Of a DNA stretch of 64,000 nt, positions 15,005-28,560 are shown piece after piece (the first letter of the stretch is position 1; each line of letters begins with the position of its first letter). Origin of the DNA: Neocallimastix sp. 'constans' (Eukaryota); the NCBI GenBank assembly GCA_050613775.1, contig JBODTK010000152.1, positions 248,001 through 312,000 of the forward strand, in the 5' to 3' direction. The position numbers and the translations under genes are program-made. The notes under the pieces are model-generated. The model was given only the letters and a program-made list of their open reading frames with translations. It made no database searches and was not told where the DNA came from.

Positions 15005-17112
15005 TATTTTATTTTATTTTATTTTATTTTATTCAATCTGTACTTTATACTTATATTCTACTATTTTATTTTATTTTATTTTATTTTATTCAATCTGTAC
15101 TTTATACTTATATTCTACTATTTTATTTTATTTTATTTTATTTTATTTTATTTTATTTTATTTTATTTTATTTTATTTTATTTTATTTTATTTTATTTTA
15201 TTTTATTTTATTTTATTTTATTTTATTTTATTTTATTTTATTTTATTTTATTTTATTTTATTTTATTTTATTTTATTTTATTTTATTTTATTTTATTTTA
15301 TTTTATTTTATTTTATTTTATTTTATTTTATTTTATTTTATTTTATTTTATTTTATTTTATTTTATTTTATTTTATTCAATCTGTACTTCATATTTATAT
15401 TTCAACTATTTATTTTATTTTATTTTATTTTATTTTATTCAATCTGTACTTTATACTTATATTCTACTATTTTATTTTATTTTATTTTATTCAATCTGTA
15501 CTTTATATTTAATATTCTACTATTTTATTTTATTTTATTTTATTCAATCTGTACTTTATACTTATATTCTACTATTTTATTTTATTTTATTTTATTCAAT
15601 TTGTACTTTATACTTATATTCTACTATTTTATTTTATTTTATTTTATTCAATCTGTACTTTATACTTATATTCTACTATTTTATTTTATTCAATCTGTAC
15701 TTTATACTTATATTCTACTATTTTATTTTATTTTATTTTATTCAATTTGTACTTTATACTTATATTCTACTATTTTATTTTATTTTATTTTATTCAATCT
15801 GTACTTTATACTTATATTCTACTATTTTATTTTATTCAATCTGTACTTTATACTTATATTCTACTATTTTATTTTATTTTATTTTATTCAATCTGTACTT
15901 TATACTTATATTCTACTATTTTATTTTATTTTATTTTATTCAATCTGTACTTTATATTTAATATTCTACTATTTTATTTTATTTTATTTTATTCAATCTG
16001 TACTTTATACTTATATTCTACTATTTTATTTTATTTTATTTTATTCAATCTGTACTTTATACTTATATTCTACTATTTTATTTTATTTTATTTTATTCAA
16101 TCTGTACTTTATACTTATATTCTACTATTTTATTTTATTTTATTTTATTCAATCTGTACTTTATACTTATATTCTACTATTTTATTTTATTTTATTTTAT
16201 TCAATCTGTACTTTATACTTATATTCTACTATTTTATTTTATTTTATTTTATTCAATCTGTACTTTATACTTATATTCTACTATTTTATTTTATTTTATT
16301 TTATTCAATCTGTACTTTATACTTATATTCTACTATTTTATTTTATTTTATTTTATTCAATCTGTACTTTATACTTATATTCTACTATTTTATTTTATTT
16401 TATTTTATTCAATCTGTACTTTATACTTATATTCTACTATTTTATTTTATTTTATTTTATTTTATTTTATTTTATTTTATTCAATCTGTACTTCATATTT
16501 ATATTTCAACTATTTATTTTATTTTATTTTATTTTATTTTATTTTATTCAATCTGTACTTCATATTTATATTTCAACTATTTATTTTATTTTATTTTATT
16601 TTATTTTATTTTATTTTATTTTATTTTATTCAATCTGTACTTCATATTTATATTTCAACTATTTATTTTATTTTATTTTATTTTATTTTATTTTATTTTA
16701 TTTTATTTTATTTTATTTTATTTTATTTTATTTTATTTTATTTTATTTTATTCAATCTGTACTTATATTTATGCTTTTTATTTTATTTTATTTTATTTCA
16801 TTTTATTTTATTTTATTCAATCTGTACTTCATATTTATATTTCAACTATTTATTTTATTTTATTTTATTTTATTTTATTTTATTTTATTTTATTCAATCT
16901 GTACTTCATATTTATATTTCAACTATTTATTTTATTTTATTTTATTTTATTTTATTTTATTTTATTTTATTTTATTCAATCTGTACTTCATATTTATATT
17001 TCAACTATTTATTTTATTTTATTTTATTTTATTTTATTCAATCTGTACTTATATTTATGCTTTTTATTTTATTTTATTTTATTTCATTTTATTTTATTTT
17101 ATTCAATCTGTA
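15005..17112. repeat. compound minisatellite: ~32-bp TTCAATCTGTACTT... core alternating with (TTTTA)n, about 30 cores
   Basis: Cores TCAATCTGTACTTTATACTTATATTCTACTA and TCAATCTGTACTTCATATTTATATTTCAACTA; 52-bp period in 15994-16410. Confidence 0.95.
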
Positions 17113-18240
17113 TTTTCTGTTGATAATATAAACAAGGTATTAATGTATTAATAATAATTAATAATATTTAAAATAAAATAAAAAAAATATAATTATTTTA
17201 TATATGTAGTAATTATATATATATATATATATTTTTATTTAATTCTCTAAAAAAAAATTTTTAGTCATAATAAACATCTTAATTATTTTTATTATTATTT
17301 AAAAATTTATTTATTCATTTATAATTTATTTATTTATTTATTTATTTATTACATTACAATACGCCATGTTTTCCAAAATGCACTACAACAAAATACAAAT
17401 TTATGTAATAAAAATTTTCGAAATGACACACCCCCTTTTTGGGAGAGTTGTATTTCCCTAAGTGGCGTATTTAGGAGAGTTGCATTTCCCAAAATTGCAT
17501 TTCGCTAGGTTGCATTTCGAAAAGTGGATTATTGAATAAATAAAACAAATATTAATTCAAAATAATTTTTTTTAAAGTTGTTTTTATTCAATATTAATAA
17601 TATTTAATTTTATTTATTGATTTAATTGTTTATTTAATAATTTTCAATATGGCGAAATGCAACCTGATGAAATACAACACTCTCATATTTTTTTCTTTAT
17701 CTATATTTTTATTGGAAAGTTACACTTTAAATAGTAGGGGATTAAATAATGTAATATTGGATTGGTTATATTTCATTTTTCTAAATGACATACTGATATA
17801 AATAAATGAATAAATGAATAAATTAATCAAAAATAAAAAAATAAAGAAATAAAAAAAAAAAGAAATTAATATATAAAAATCGCCTGGTTGAATATAATAT
17901 ATATAATGTATAATTAAAAAAATTTTTTGAATAAAAAAAATTAAAAAAAAATTTTTTATAAAATTATAATAAGGCAAAAGCTGATATAAATTGTTACTAA
18001 TAACAAATTATAACATATTTTTATTTTTATTTTTATTTTTTTTTATAATTTTTATTATTTAAGAATAATTTCGTATTTATATAATACGTATTTTTTTTTT
18101 TTTTTTTTTTTTTAAAGTGATGACTTTGGATAGAATTAAAAATTTTAAAATATTATATTTTTAAAATAGTATTAAAATTTTTTTTCCTTTTTTTTTTTTA
18201 AAGTAAAAATATTTTATAACTATTATATAGCACTAACGTT

Positions 18241-18278
<38 letters not shown>

Positions 18279-18314
18279 TAAAAATATTTTATAACTATTA
18301 TATAGCACTACGTT

Positions 18315-18356
<42 letters not shown>

Positions 18357-18719
18357 TTATACGAGAGTATAAGGTAAAATTATTATTAAATCATTAAATT
18401 GTATTAAAATTAAAGTTAGTTTATATAAATATTATTTTTTTTTTTTATTTTTTATTTTATTTTATTTCAATTTATATTATTTAAAATTATTATAAATTTA
18501 CATTATATATATTATTACTTACATTTGATAAACAACTTTACAATACAAAATATTTCTTATTATATTCATAAGTATTTAGAGATTACAATAATTATGTAGT
18601 ATTTTTATATACATAAGGATATAATAAATAAATAAATAAATATATTAATTAATTAATTGATAAAAAATATAAGTTTCTATATATAAAAACATATAAATCT
18701 TGTAGAATTTGTAAAAAAA

Positions 18720-18750
<31 letters not shown>

Positions 18751-18922
18751 AAAAAAATAGAAAAAAAAAGAAAAGAAAAAATTAAATGGATAATTACTTC
18801 TCTATAGTATGTGTCCTTATAATGAATAAAAAAAAAAAAAAATTAATGAATTATGAAAAATAAGAATTGAATATTTTTATAAATAATTTAAATATAATTT
18901 TTTTTTTTTTTTTTTAATAAAT

Positions 18923-20176
18923 TTAATTGGAAACTTTTTGTTTAATTTCATCACCAGCGGCATTAGCAGCAGCGGTCATATTTTCATAATTGGATGATTC
19001 AATGTAGGTATGATAAACACGTAATAATGAATCAACTTCTTCAATACCTAATGGTTTAATATCTGCTAATTCCTTAATCTTTCTAGTAATTTCTTTAATT
19101 TCTGCATCAGATAAATGTAAATCAAGTTGTTCACATCTAGATTTAACTGCATTCCAACCAGTAAGACGGTGACCAATAGAGACATAACGTGTCATACCAA
19201 AATCTTCTGGACGTAAAATTTCATAAGTGGTTGGATTATTAAGAATAGCCTTTGCATGAATACCTGCCTTGTGAGTGAAGGCACAGTAACCAGTAATGTA
19301 ATTGTTGAATGGAATTTGAATTTCAACGAAATCGGCTACCATATTTTCAATATCACGAAGCATATGAAGATTATATTTATCTGTAACGTAAGTTTTATCA
19401 GCAACATACATACGAGCAGTAAAACCACCTAATGGTGTAATACCATTACGTTCACCAATACCTAAAATACAAGTATCAATGTGAGTAGCTCCAGCTTCTA
19501 AAGCACAGTAAGCATTAGCAATAGCACAACCAGTATCATTATGGAAGTGACATTCAATATCACAATTAACAACACCTCTTAAAGTTCTAATTAATTCATA
19601 AACTTGACGTGGATGAGCACAACCAACTGTATCAGCAACACCAACACGGTTAACACCAAGTTTGTCAACATGACGGTAAAGTTTAAGTAAATCAACTAAA
19701 TCGGAACGGAATGAATCTTCAGATGAGAAACGAACTTCCTTACCTTTAGATTTAATGAAAGTAACAACTTCTTCAGCTACTTGATAAATAGTTTCCATAC
19801 TTTTACCATGAGAAAACTTACGTAAGTAAGAAGAAGTACCAATGACAACACTTAAACCATCAACACTAGTTTCAACACCAACCTTAGCATCATCCATGTG
19901 ACAACGAATGTGTGCTAATTTCTTACATTTTAAACCTAATTGGCAAATCTTTTCATTATCTTCTCTTGATTGTTCAGAAGCAACTGGTGAAGTTAATTCA
20001 ATATATTCAACACCAAAATCATCTAAAGCCTTGGCAATTTTTAATTTTTGTTCAGTATTGAAGAAAGCATTAGCAAATTGTTCACCTTCTCTTAAAGTGG
20101 TATCAATAACATTGAAATTTGAAATGTTACTTAATAAATCAGTAATTCTAGCGTATGGGGAAGAAGCAGTAGACAT
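18923..20176 (-). CDS. LYS21: homocitrate synthase, copy 2, intronless, 417 aa
   Basis: Same motifs as 4531-5775; retains the canonical HKAGIHAKA. Confidence 0.96.
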   Translation of the reverse strand: MSTASSPYARITDLLSNISNFNVIDTTLREGEQFANAFFNTEQKLKIAKALDDFGVEYIELTSPVASEQSREDNEKICQLGLKCKKLAHIRCHMDDAKVGVETSVDGLSVVIGTSSYLRKFSHGKSMETIYQVAEEVVTFIKSKGKEVRFSSEDSFRSDLVDLLKLYRHVDKLGVNRVGVADTVGCAHPRQVYELIRTLRGVVNCDIECHFHNDTGCAIANAYCALEAGATHIDTCILGIGERNGITPLGGFTARMYVADKTYVTDKYNLHMLRDIENMVADFVEIQIPFNNYITGYCAFTHKAGIHAKAILNNPTTYEILRPEDFGMTRYVSIGHRLTGWNAVKSRCEQLDLHLSDAEIKEITRKIKELADIKPLGIEEVDSLLRVYHTYIESSNYENMTAAANAAGDEIKQKVSN

Positions 20177-20876
20177 TATTCAATTTACTAAAAAAAAAAA
20201 AAAAAAATTAATAAATAAGATATAATAAAAAAAAGATAGAAAATAAAAAAAAAATAATAAAAAAATTAAAAAAAGACAAATTTAGTATATGTATTGATTA
20301 AAAAAAAAAAGTATTAAAAAAACAATTAATATATATAAAATAATATAATATTTTAATATTTTTTTTTTTTTTTAATTCGTTGGAGAATAAAAATGTATAT
20401 TCTTTATTTTTATTTTTTATTATATAATAATATTTATAAAAAAAAAATTGTTTTTTAATAAATTATAATAATAAATTATTATTATTGTTAGTAATATTAA
20501 TACAGAATAAAAAAAAAAAAAAAAAGAAATATTAAAATTTTTGAAAATATTTTTTTTTGTCTTTTTATATTATTTTAACAAAATATTAATATATTTTTAT
20601 TTTTTTATTTTTTTAATTATTTCATTTTAAAATTAAGTATAATTAAATATATTAATATATGATGTAATATATGTATTTTTATAAAAAAAATATAAAGATA
20701 AGCTTAATTTTTGTTATGGAGTTTTTATAATTTTTTTTTTATATATATGACAAAAAAAAAAAAAAAAAGAAACATATAATTAATGAATACTAATATATGA
20801 ACTAATTGATCATAAATTTAATTGTTTAAATATAATATAAACTTTTATATTACCATGTTTTTTTATATAATTATTT

Positions 20877-20919
<43 letters not shown>

Positions 20920-21005
20920 AAGGTAGTGGATAAATTATTTAATATCACAAAAATACAAGAAGATATAAATATTTATAATTTATTTTATAATAAAGATATT
21001 CAAAT

Positions 21006-21052
<47 letters not shown>

Positions 21053-23259
21053 TGATAAAATAAAATGTATGAAAAATAAACGTATAAGCATTATTACTCT
21101 ACTTTATTATTATTATTATGTTTTTTTTATTTTTTTTTTTAAAAAAAAAGCATTATTTTATTGATTATTGGTGTTTTTTATTGATAATCATGAAAGATAA
21201 AATAATTAATAATACTTTAATTTCTTGATTAATATATATATTTATATATATTTTATTCTTTTTCCTTATTTACTTTTTAACTATTAATTTTTTTTTTTTT
21301 TTTTTTGATAAAAATAATGATAGATAATACAAAATTTGATAAAAATATTTTCTTATCAAAAAAATTTTTTTATCAATTTTTTTAATATAAATTATTATTA
21401 TATAATTTAATATTATTTATAAATTAGTAGAAAAAAATAAATAAATGATCAAATATTTAAATAGTATATATATGGAATTATTTTAATAGTTTTATAAATA
21501 TGAATATAATTAAATTTTTTTATTAATATTATAATTTTCTTATATAAGAACATAAGAATAGTAATTATATATAATTACAAAGTTATTAATTATAATAATA
21601 ATAATAATTAATAATAATACTATATAATTATTTATTCATATATATATATTTTTAATATTTATTATAATAGTTCATATTATATTTCATATTTTTAATTTGT
21701 TGGCATTGATAAAGTTTCTATTATTCTCTAATAAAATTCTTGATTTAATCAATCATAAATAGAAATAATAAATAAAATTTTAAATTATCTTTATGTGTTA
21801 ACTTTTTAATAAGATATTTTTAATTTAATATCAAAATAAAAATAATAAATATTATATTAATAGTAATGTTATATATCGAATAGATGAATTAATAGCAAAA
21901 AAGAATAAAAGAAGGAAAAAAGAAAAATTAGAAATATAAATAAATATTGATGATATAAATTTAATATTAAAAAAATATATATATATACTTTTAAATATTG
22001 TAAAGATTTCATTTATACAAAAAAAAAAAAATAGTTAAAAAATTAATTATATGATTATATGTATTTATATATATATATAATATTATTTTGTTTTTATTTT
22101 TATTTTTTTTAAATATATTAATATTAGTAATAACAATTTTTCTATGGGTGTGAATGAAATCAACAGTAGAAAAAATCCATATAATTAAATTATATACTCA
22201 ATCATATATATATTAATATATAGTTTAAAAAGTATTTTAAGTGTGTGATATTAATCTATTAAAAAATAAAAGGATATATATATATACACATATGTATGAT
22301 TTGATAGTATATAAATACTTTTTTTATTTTTATTTTTATTTTTAATTATTATTATTTTTAAAGGAAATACATGTAAAAATTATTGTTAACAATTTCTAAA
22401 TTAAAGATTTCCATTTCTTAGACCATAAAATACTTAAAAAATTGTGGGATTGACATAAAATTAAACAGATTAATATTTAATTTCTTATATATATATCTTT
22501 TACTTTTATTTTAATATATATATTTTATAGTAAAGTAAACAAAAAAAAGTTTAAAAAGAAATTTTACTTTATATTTTATAATTTATTTTATTTTTTTTTT
22601 CTAAATTTTTTATTATTGTTATTTATTTTAATTTTTTTTTTTTTTTTAAAAAAAAAAGAACGTTAAACAACTTTTGAAAATAAATAAATGTTGAAATGTA
22701 TGTAATACTATTTATTAATGCTTTCTATTATTATTTATTGTTTTATTTTTTATTAGTATTTTTTTAAATACTAATAATTATTAGTTTATATATATATATA
22801 TATTATTTGGTATATTTGTTTAAATATTTTTTTTATAATACAAATTAAATAATTAATAAATAAATATTAAAATATCTTTATTATTTATATTATTTTTAAT
22901 TATTATTTTTAATTATAATTTATTTTTTATTATTATGATTATTATTATTATTTTTATTTATTATTATTTTTATTATTATAATTATTATTTTTATTTATTA
23001 TTTATTTATTATTATTTTATTTTGGTGATTTGATAATTATATTTCTTATTAATTTTGATATTTTTGTTATAATAATGTTATTAATTATTTATTATGTCCA
23101 TTTAATACTAATGATTTATTATTTTTTATTATTAATTATAAAATATTTATTAATGAATAGTAGTTTGTTACAATTCGGTCTTTACAGTTAGGTCAAGATG
23201 TCAAATTAAATATTTAAATATTAAAAATAATTATAAACTTATTCAAGAATTGAAACAGG

Positions 23260-23336
23260 GAGAGTTACATTTCGCCAAGTGGCGTGTCATTAAATGCAAT
23301 TTTTACTAATGCGCCATTTGGCGAAATGCAACTCTC
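23260..23336. mobile_element. 77-bp palindromic mini-MITE related to the MULE TIR
   Basis: GAGAGTTACATTTCGCCAAGTGGCGT (23260-23285) pairs with GCGCCATTTGGCGAAATGCAACTCTC (23311-23336) at 23/26; same motif as the TIRs at 11191/17684. Confidence 0.7.
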
Positions 23337-25173
23337 ACTATTATTTGTAATATTTAATTATAAAAAATATAATAATCAATATTTTAATATTATTTATTAT
23401 TATTTTTTTTAATACTTTCATATAGCCAGATTCCTCAAAAAAATATAACAGATGAAAATGATAATTATGCTATTTCATAATAGTTTATTATTTATAAATA
23501 GGATATATTAAAATAACATATAGGTTTATTTTTATAAGCCTCTTTTATATAGTTAATATGAAAGAACGTATTTAATGTATTGAAATATGTATGTATGATC
23601 CATCAAATGTATTTTATAATATAAATATCATTATGTATTCTTAAAAATAAGCTTGCTTCAAAATAAATAAAGTTTGTAAATAAACAAATATTGAGATTTT
23701 TATCAAAAACATTTAATTATGAATTTTTAATTAAAACTTTATTTAAAATTTTATTAATATAAAATATATATTATATATAATAATTATTGCTATAATTCTA
23801 CCAAGGATTAATAAAAAAGATTTAAAATTATGTATATACAAAATAATTAATTAATGAAATATTAAAATTTAATATTTAAGATATAAAATAAAATAACAAG
23901 ATTTGATATTATTTTTATTAAATATAAGATAATAATAACATAAGATATTTAAAACAAATAAAACATTATATTAGCTAATGTTAAAACCTATATAATTAAT
24001 TGTCTTTCTCGTTTTTATCCCGGGGTTAGTACTCGAGACCTACATACATAAAATTTCTGGATTGACCTCGTGACTACCTCCTAAATTTATAAGGTGGGAT
24101 TTTCATCCTCCCAGGGTGTTTTTCCTTATAAATAAAGCTGGGGCTTGTTCACCATGATAAATATTTCTATTGTTAGACTATTAATTGCTAGTACAAAGAG
24201 TACTTGATCTATGAGAGGATTAATGTAGTTGTTCCTTCCTTGATGATGGTTCAAGAGATCACTGAAAAGAAGTTCGTTGTATTAATCGGAGTCTATTTGG
24301 AATGCCTTTCATATTAGCCTTGTTTTAGAGAGAGGTCCGCATTGACGCCGAAACGGTATCGCAAAAAATCCAATGAGAGTCTGATACGTTTAAGGGAGAG
24401 ACTTGAGGCCCTATTGTCCTCTTATTTCGTTAATCCCAATATAGAGATATATGTATATATATATATATAATTAATTATTAATAAAATAGTATGGGTTTAT
24501 ATTATTACTATGAATAAATTAATTTATGAAATTAATTTATTATTACTAATGATGTAACTTGATTATTTAATGGATATACTGAATATTATAGGTTAACTCT
24601 AGTTAATAATATTTTATGAATCAGAAATATTCTTAAATAACAAATTAGAATTAATTAATTAATAAACAAGTAAATATTTATTTTATAACTTTTTGCCAAT
24701 AATAAATTAATATTTATTTAATACTAATATTTTCTTTTTTACTAAAATTTTTTATTTATTTATGAGGACTTATTTTTTCATAATACATAATTTAATATTA
24801 AGAGCTAAAACTATTTAAGACTAAAATAATATTTAAAACAAATATTTATATTTATGGTTTATATTATTATTTTTTATTTATTATTAATATGATTTGAACG
24901 ATATTGACTCGAAGAGTCAAAGAGCATAATACTTGATATTTATATTCAAGAAATAATTATTCTAATACATGATTCGTTAAAAGTAAATATACAAATATAA
25001 TTTACTTAAATAATTTTAATTAAATAAATGATTATTAATTATTAAATAAATATAATTAAATGAATAAATGAATAAATATATTATAAATTAAATAAATTAA
25101 TTTTTTATTTTCCTAAAAAGATAATAAGTAGAAGTCGAACCAGTGTAGGTATCATTGAGTAGCCTTGGCAAGT

Positions 25174-26174
25174 TATAACGATGCTGATATGATACGGGGT
25201 GTCACTAAATACCTTGTATTTCCTATTAAATACTCTTATTAATATTACAATAAAAATTATTATTAAATCTTATTATTAAAATCTTTTATTAATATCAAAT
25301 ATAATAAAAATTATTATTAAATATTCTTATAAATTTCTTTTATTATTATCAAATATAATAAAAATTATTATTATATATTCTTATTAAAACCTTTTATTAA
25401 TATCAAATATAATAAAAATTATTATTAAATATTCTAATAAAAATCTTTTATTAATATCAAATAAAATAAAAATATTATTAAATATTCTTATTAAAAATTA
25501 AATATAATTTAAATCATTATTAAATCTTATTTTTTTTTTTATTAAGTATAATAAAAACTATTTCAATAAATATTTGATATAAAATACAGAATTATAAGTC
25601 TCTGTATAATATTTTCTAAACCTTTGAAATAAATTATGAATAAAACAAAAATCAAAACTAAATTAAATACTTATTAAAATAAAAATGAACCAAAATACAG
25701 AAATTCATCAATAACAAAAATGAACCAAAATACAGAAAACATTAATTCTGTATAATTTTCTCTCTAAAGACAATATCAAGAGGAAGCTACCGCCGGGAAG
25801 CCTTCGTGATACAAGCTCCAAATTTAATTTTTATAGTTTAATTTAATAAATGTTAATTTTTTTAACAATATAAATAGTATTAAAAATAATTTAAAATAAT
25901 AGTAAAAAGTTAAAAATAAAATAGTTAGAATAATTTTTTTTTAAGAATATAATAAAGATAAATAAAATGTATTAAAATAAAAAGTATAAAAAGAAGAATA
26001 AATTTCTTTCTTTTTAATACTTGGAACAAATGATTTTAAATTTAAATTTAAAAAAAGAATATTTTAAAAATTAATTTTTGTTTCCAAATTTATTTTATCT
26101 TTATGTGTTAATATTTATTTTTTGTTTTGAATATCTTAGTATTTCAACCCCAGCCCGTATCAGATATCGTTACA
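25174..26174. mobile_element. probable solo LTR or non-autonomous TIR element (~1 kb)
   Basis: Ends TATAACGATGCTGATATGATACGGGG ... CCCGTATCAGATATCGTTACA form imperfect inverted repeats of the TGTAAC..GTTACA type. Internal ~50-bp tandem repeats at 25240-25500. No TSD recognised. Confidence 0.5.
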
Positions 26175-26329
26175 AATAAAAATAAAAGTATTGATTTATA
26201 TATTAATTTAGGAATTTAAACTAAAAATACTATTTTTCAAAAATTTCTCCTATAAACAAAGTATTATTAAAGACTTTGATTGAAAAATTAGTTATTTGAT
26301 TTTTATTAACGTCTTATGTTAAAATATCT

Positions 26330-28560
26330 GATATATTTTCTTTAGATTTAATACTATATAAAATTACTTCTTTTCTTTCATTGAAGTGGTGATAGCTTAC
26401 TCTAACATGTCAAAGTTTCATACTAATGTAACAATTTTTAGTGGAAAATAAAGATGTTCTATTGCCTCGGTTTAAGTTTATTACAAATTTCTTTTTGAAT
26501 ATTTCATTAAGCATGCTTTTTTTTTTATCCATAAACCATTTGCTATAGCTTCAAAAAGAGAAATATATTTTCTTCTGCCGTAGATCTTGCTACTGATTGC
26601 GGTTGTTGTCTTGACATTCAAGTGATTGGTCCTGAAGCTAAGAAAAAGACATTTCCTGAGGTTGATTTACTAATTAATGAATTTCTTGAAAAATCGGAAT
26701 CTGTACAACCAACTAATTCTCCTCTTCTTTTATATAAAATATAATAATTTTTAGTTTTATTTAAATATTTGAGAATATTAATTACCTTCTTCTAATATGA
26801 TACTGTAAGATTTGAATTTTTTTTCTTGATACTTTGCTAACGGAGGATATTACCTGGTCTTGTTGATTTAGATATATGTAAAGAACAGTTAACTACATTT
26901 TGATAGATAGTCTTATCAAATAGTATTTTGTTAATTAATTTTACATCATCATCAGTATATGGAGTAGAAATCTTTTTGATTTTCTTTAACATTAAATTTT
27001 TTTAAACATTTTCAATGTAATTTTCTTTGGAGATTATATATTTATTTCTTCCGAAACATTCTTCTTTTTATTATTAAATATAATTAATAACAATATCCGA
27101 AACTTTGTTAACCCAATAGGTCGACACTATAAATATCCAAGTAATAAAGAAATAAAGAAAATTTGTTTTATTAATTATTAAAAATATTAAATAGAGCAAA
27201 TAACTATAACTAAGATATTACTTATATATTGAATATATAAAAATAAAATCATTTTGTTGATGAAATCACCTATATTTATACTTTTTTTGGAAAAACAATT
27301 TCTTCATTAAAAAAGTATAAAAATTTCAAGAAAAATATTTTAATCGATGAAAATGAATTATATGATCAAAATAATTAAATAATTTATAAAATTAGAATTT
27401 TCTAATAATTTTTAGCTAAATACATATAACCGAGAAATTCTAGTAATTTCTACAATTACTATTCAAATAGAAAAATGTAGAAATTAAATATATATTAAAT
27501 AATTAAAATATAAATTTTTTGTAAAATGCTCCGAGGTTGGAGTCATATCCATGAATCATAAATCATGGCCAAGGTAATTGACCACTAGACCTTGGTTTTA
27601 ATTTCTAAAATTTTAAGGTTAGTTATATCTTAAAATATTTAATCTTAAAATATAATTGATTTCTTCGCATTTGGATGTTTTAAATTTTAAATTTATTATT
27701 AATAATACTAATAATTTAATAAATTTCTTTTTTAATATCTGTAATTTACATTTCATCTGCATACAATGTTATTAGACACTTTACATTATTTTTATTGTCC
27801 CATTTAACGAATAAATATTAATCACATCTTAATTGATATAATCTTTTTTTCAATTAAAAATTTGCTGATTGATTGATTCCATTTGTGACCAGCTTGTTTC
27901 AAACCGTATAATACCTTATTTAATTTATATTAACCTTTGCTAAAATTTTCTTCTGGGAGTGTTGAAGAAGAAAGCTAAAATAATAATTTGCATATTCTAT
28001 TTGATTATATCCTTTTATTATCCTTTTTTTTTTTAATGAATATCCATCTTGGACTTAGTGATTTAATCCTTTCTGGAGGTTTTGAAATGAATGTTATTGC
28101 ACTATTTTTTTTTTTAGATTCTGGAGTTCAATAGTTATTGTTTTAATCCACTTCTCATTTCTTTGAAGGAAATGACTTCGTAATAATTCTTTGAATTATG
28201 CTTTATAATATTGGTGATTTTCTTTGTTTTACAAACTTTATATGTAATATTCTCAGGTGGAATATCAGATCTTTTAACTTTAATTTTTATTTTTTGTTCT
28301 TTATTATCATTATTATTTATTTTCTTTCAAATATGGATCTATATAGTAGTAAGTTTTACATCCTAAAGCTTGTAACATATAAATACTTATATGTTTTTTT
28401 TTTTTTTTTATATAAATTAGAAGTTCATCATGTATTTTGAAATCTTGGAGATAATATTATAAATGTAGTTAGCAGTTTTGATAGCATTTTCACAGAAGTT
28501 TTCACTTAGTCTTGTGTTTGACTTAGCAATACTTTTATTGAATTCTCTAAAAGCGTCATT
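26330..28560 (-). mobile_element. decayed Ty1/copia pol remnant (RT + RNase H)
   Basis: Minus strand reads NKVLYGLKQAGHKW (~27880-27920) and GELVGCTDSDFS...KSTSGNVFFLASGPIT*MSRQQ..SVARSTAE (~26570-26720). Many stops; apparently interrupted at ~27060-27740. The upper boundary is approximate. Confidence 0.8.

Larger units (their letters stand above)
11191..17684 (+). mobile_element. Mutator-like (MULE) DNA transposon with long terminal inverted repeats
   Basis: 11229-11360 is the reverse complement of ~17525-17665 (GTTGCATTTCGCCA.ATTGAAAATTATTAAATAAA...). 11880-11935 mirrors 17385-17440. GCATTTCGCC/GGCGAAATGC subterminal motifs are repeated and a transposase lies inside. No clean TSD seen. Confidence 0.85.

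Noticed and set aside
15005..17112. CRISPR-like look of constant ~32-bp units with variable spacers
   Set aside because: Spacers are only (TTTTA)n of varying length, not unique sequences; there are no cas genes and the context is eukaryotic.
15601..17151. 516-aa and 458-aa F/Y/I/L-rich ORFs
   Set aside because: Stop-free translations of the minisatellite.
24904..24920. Perfect hairpin TTGACTC-GAA-GAGTCAA as a Helitron end or terminator
   Set aside because: Only a 7-bp stem, with no downstream CTRR and no supporting element.
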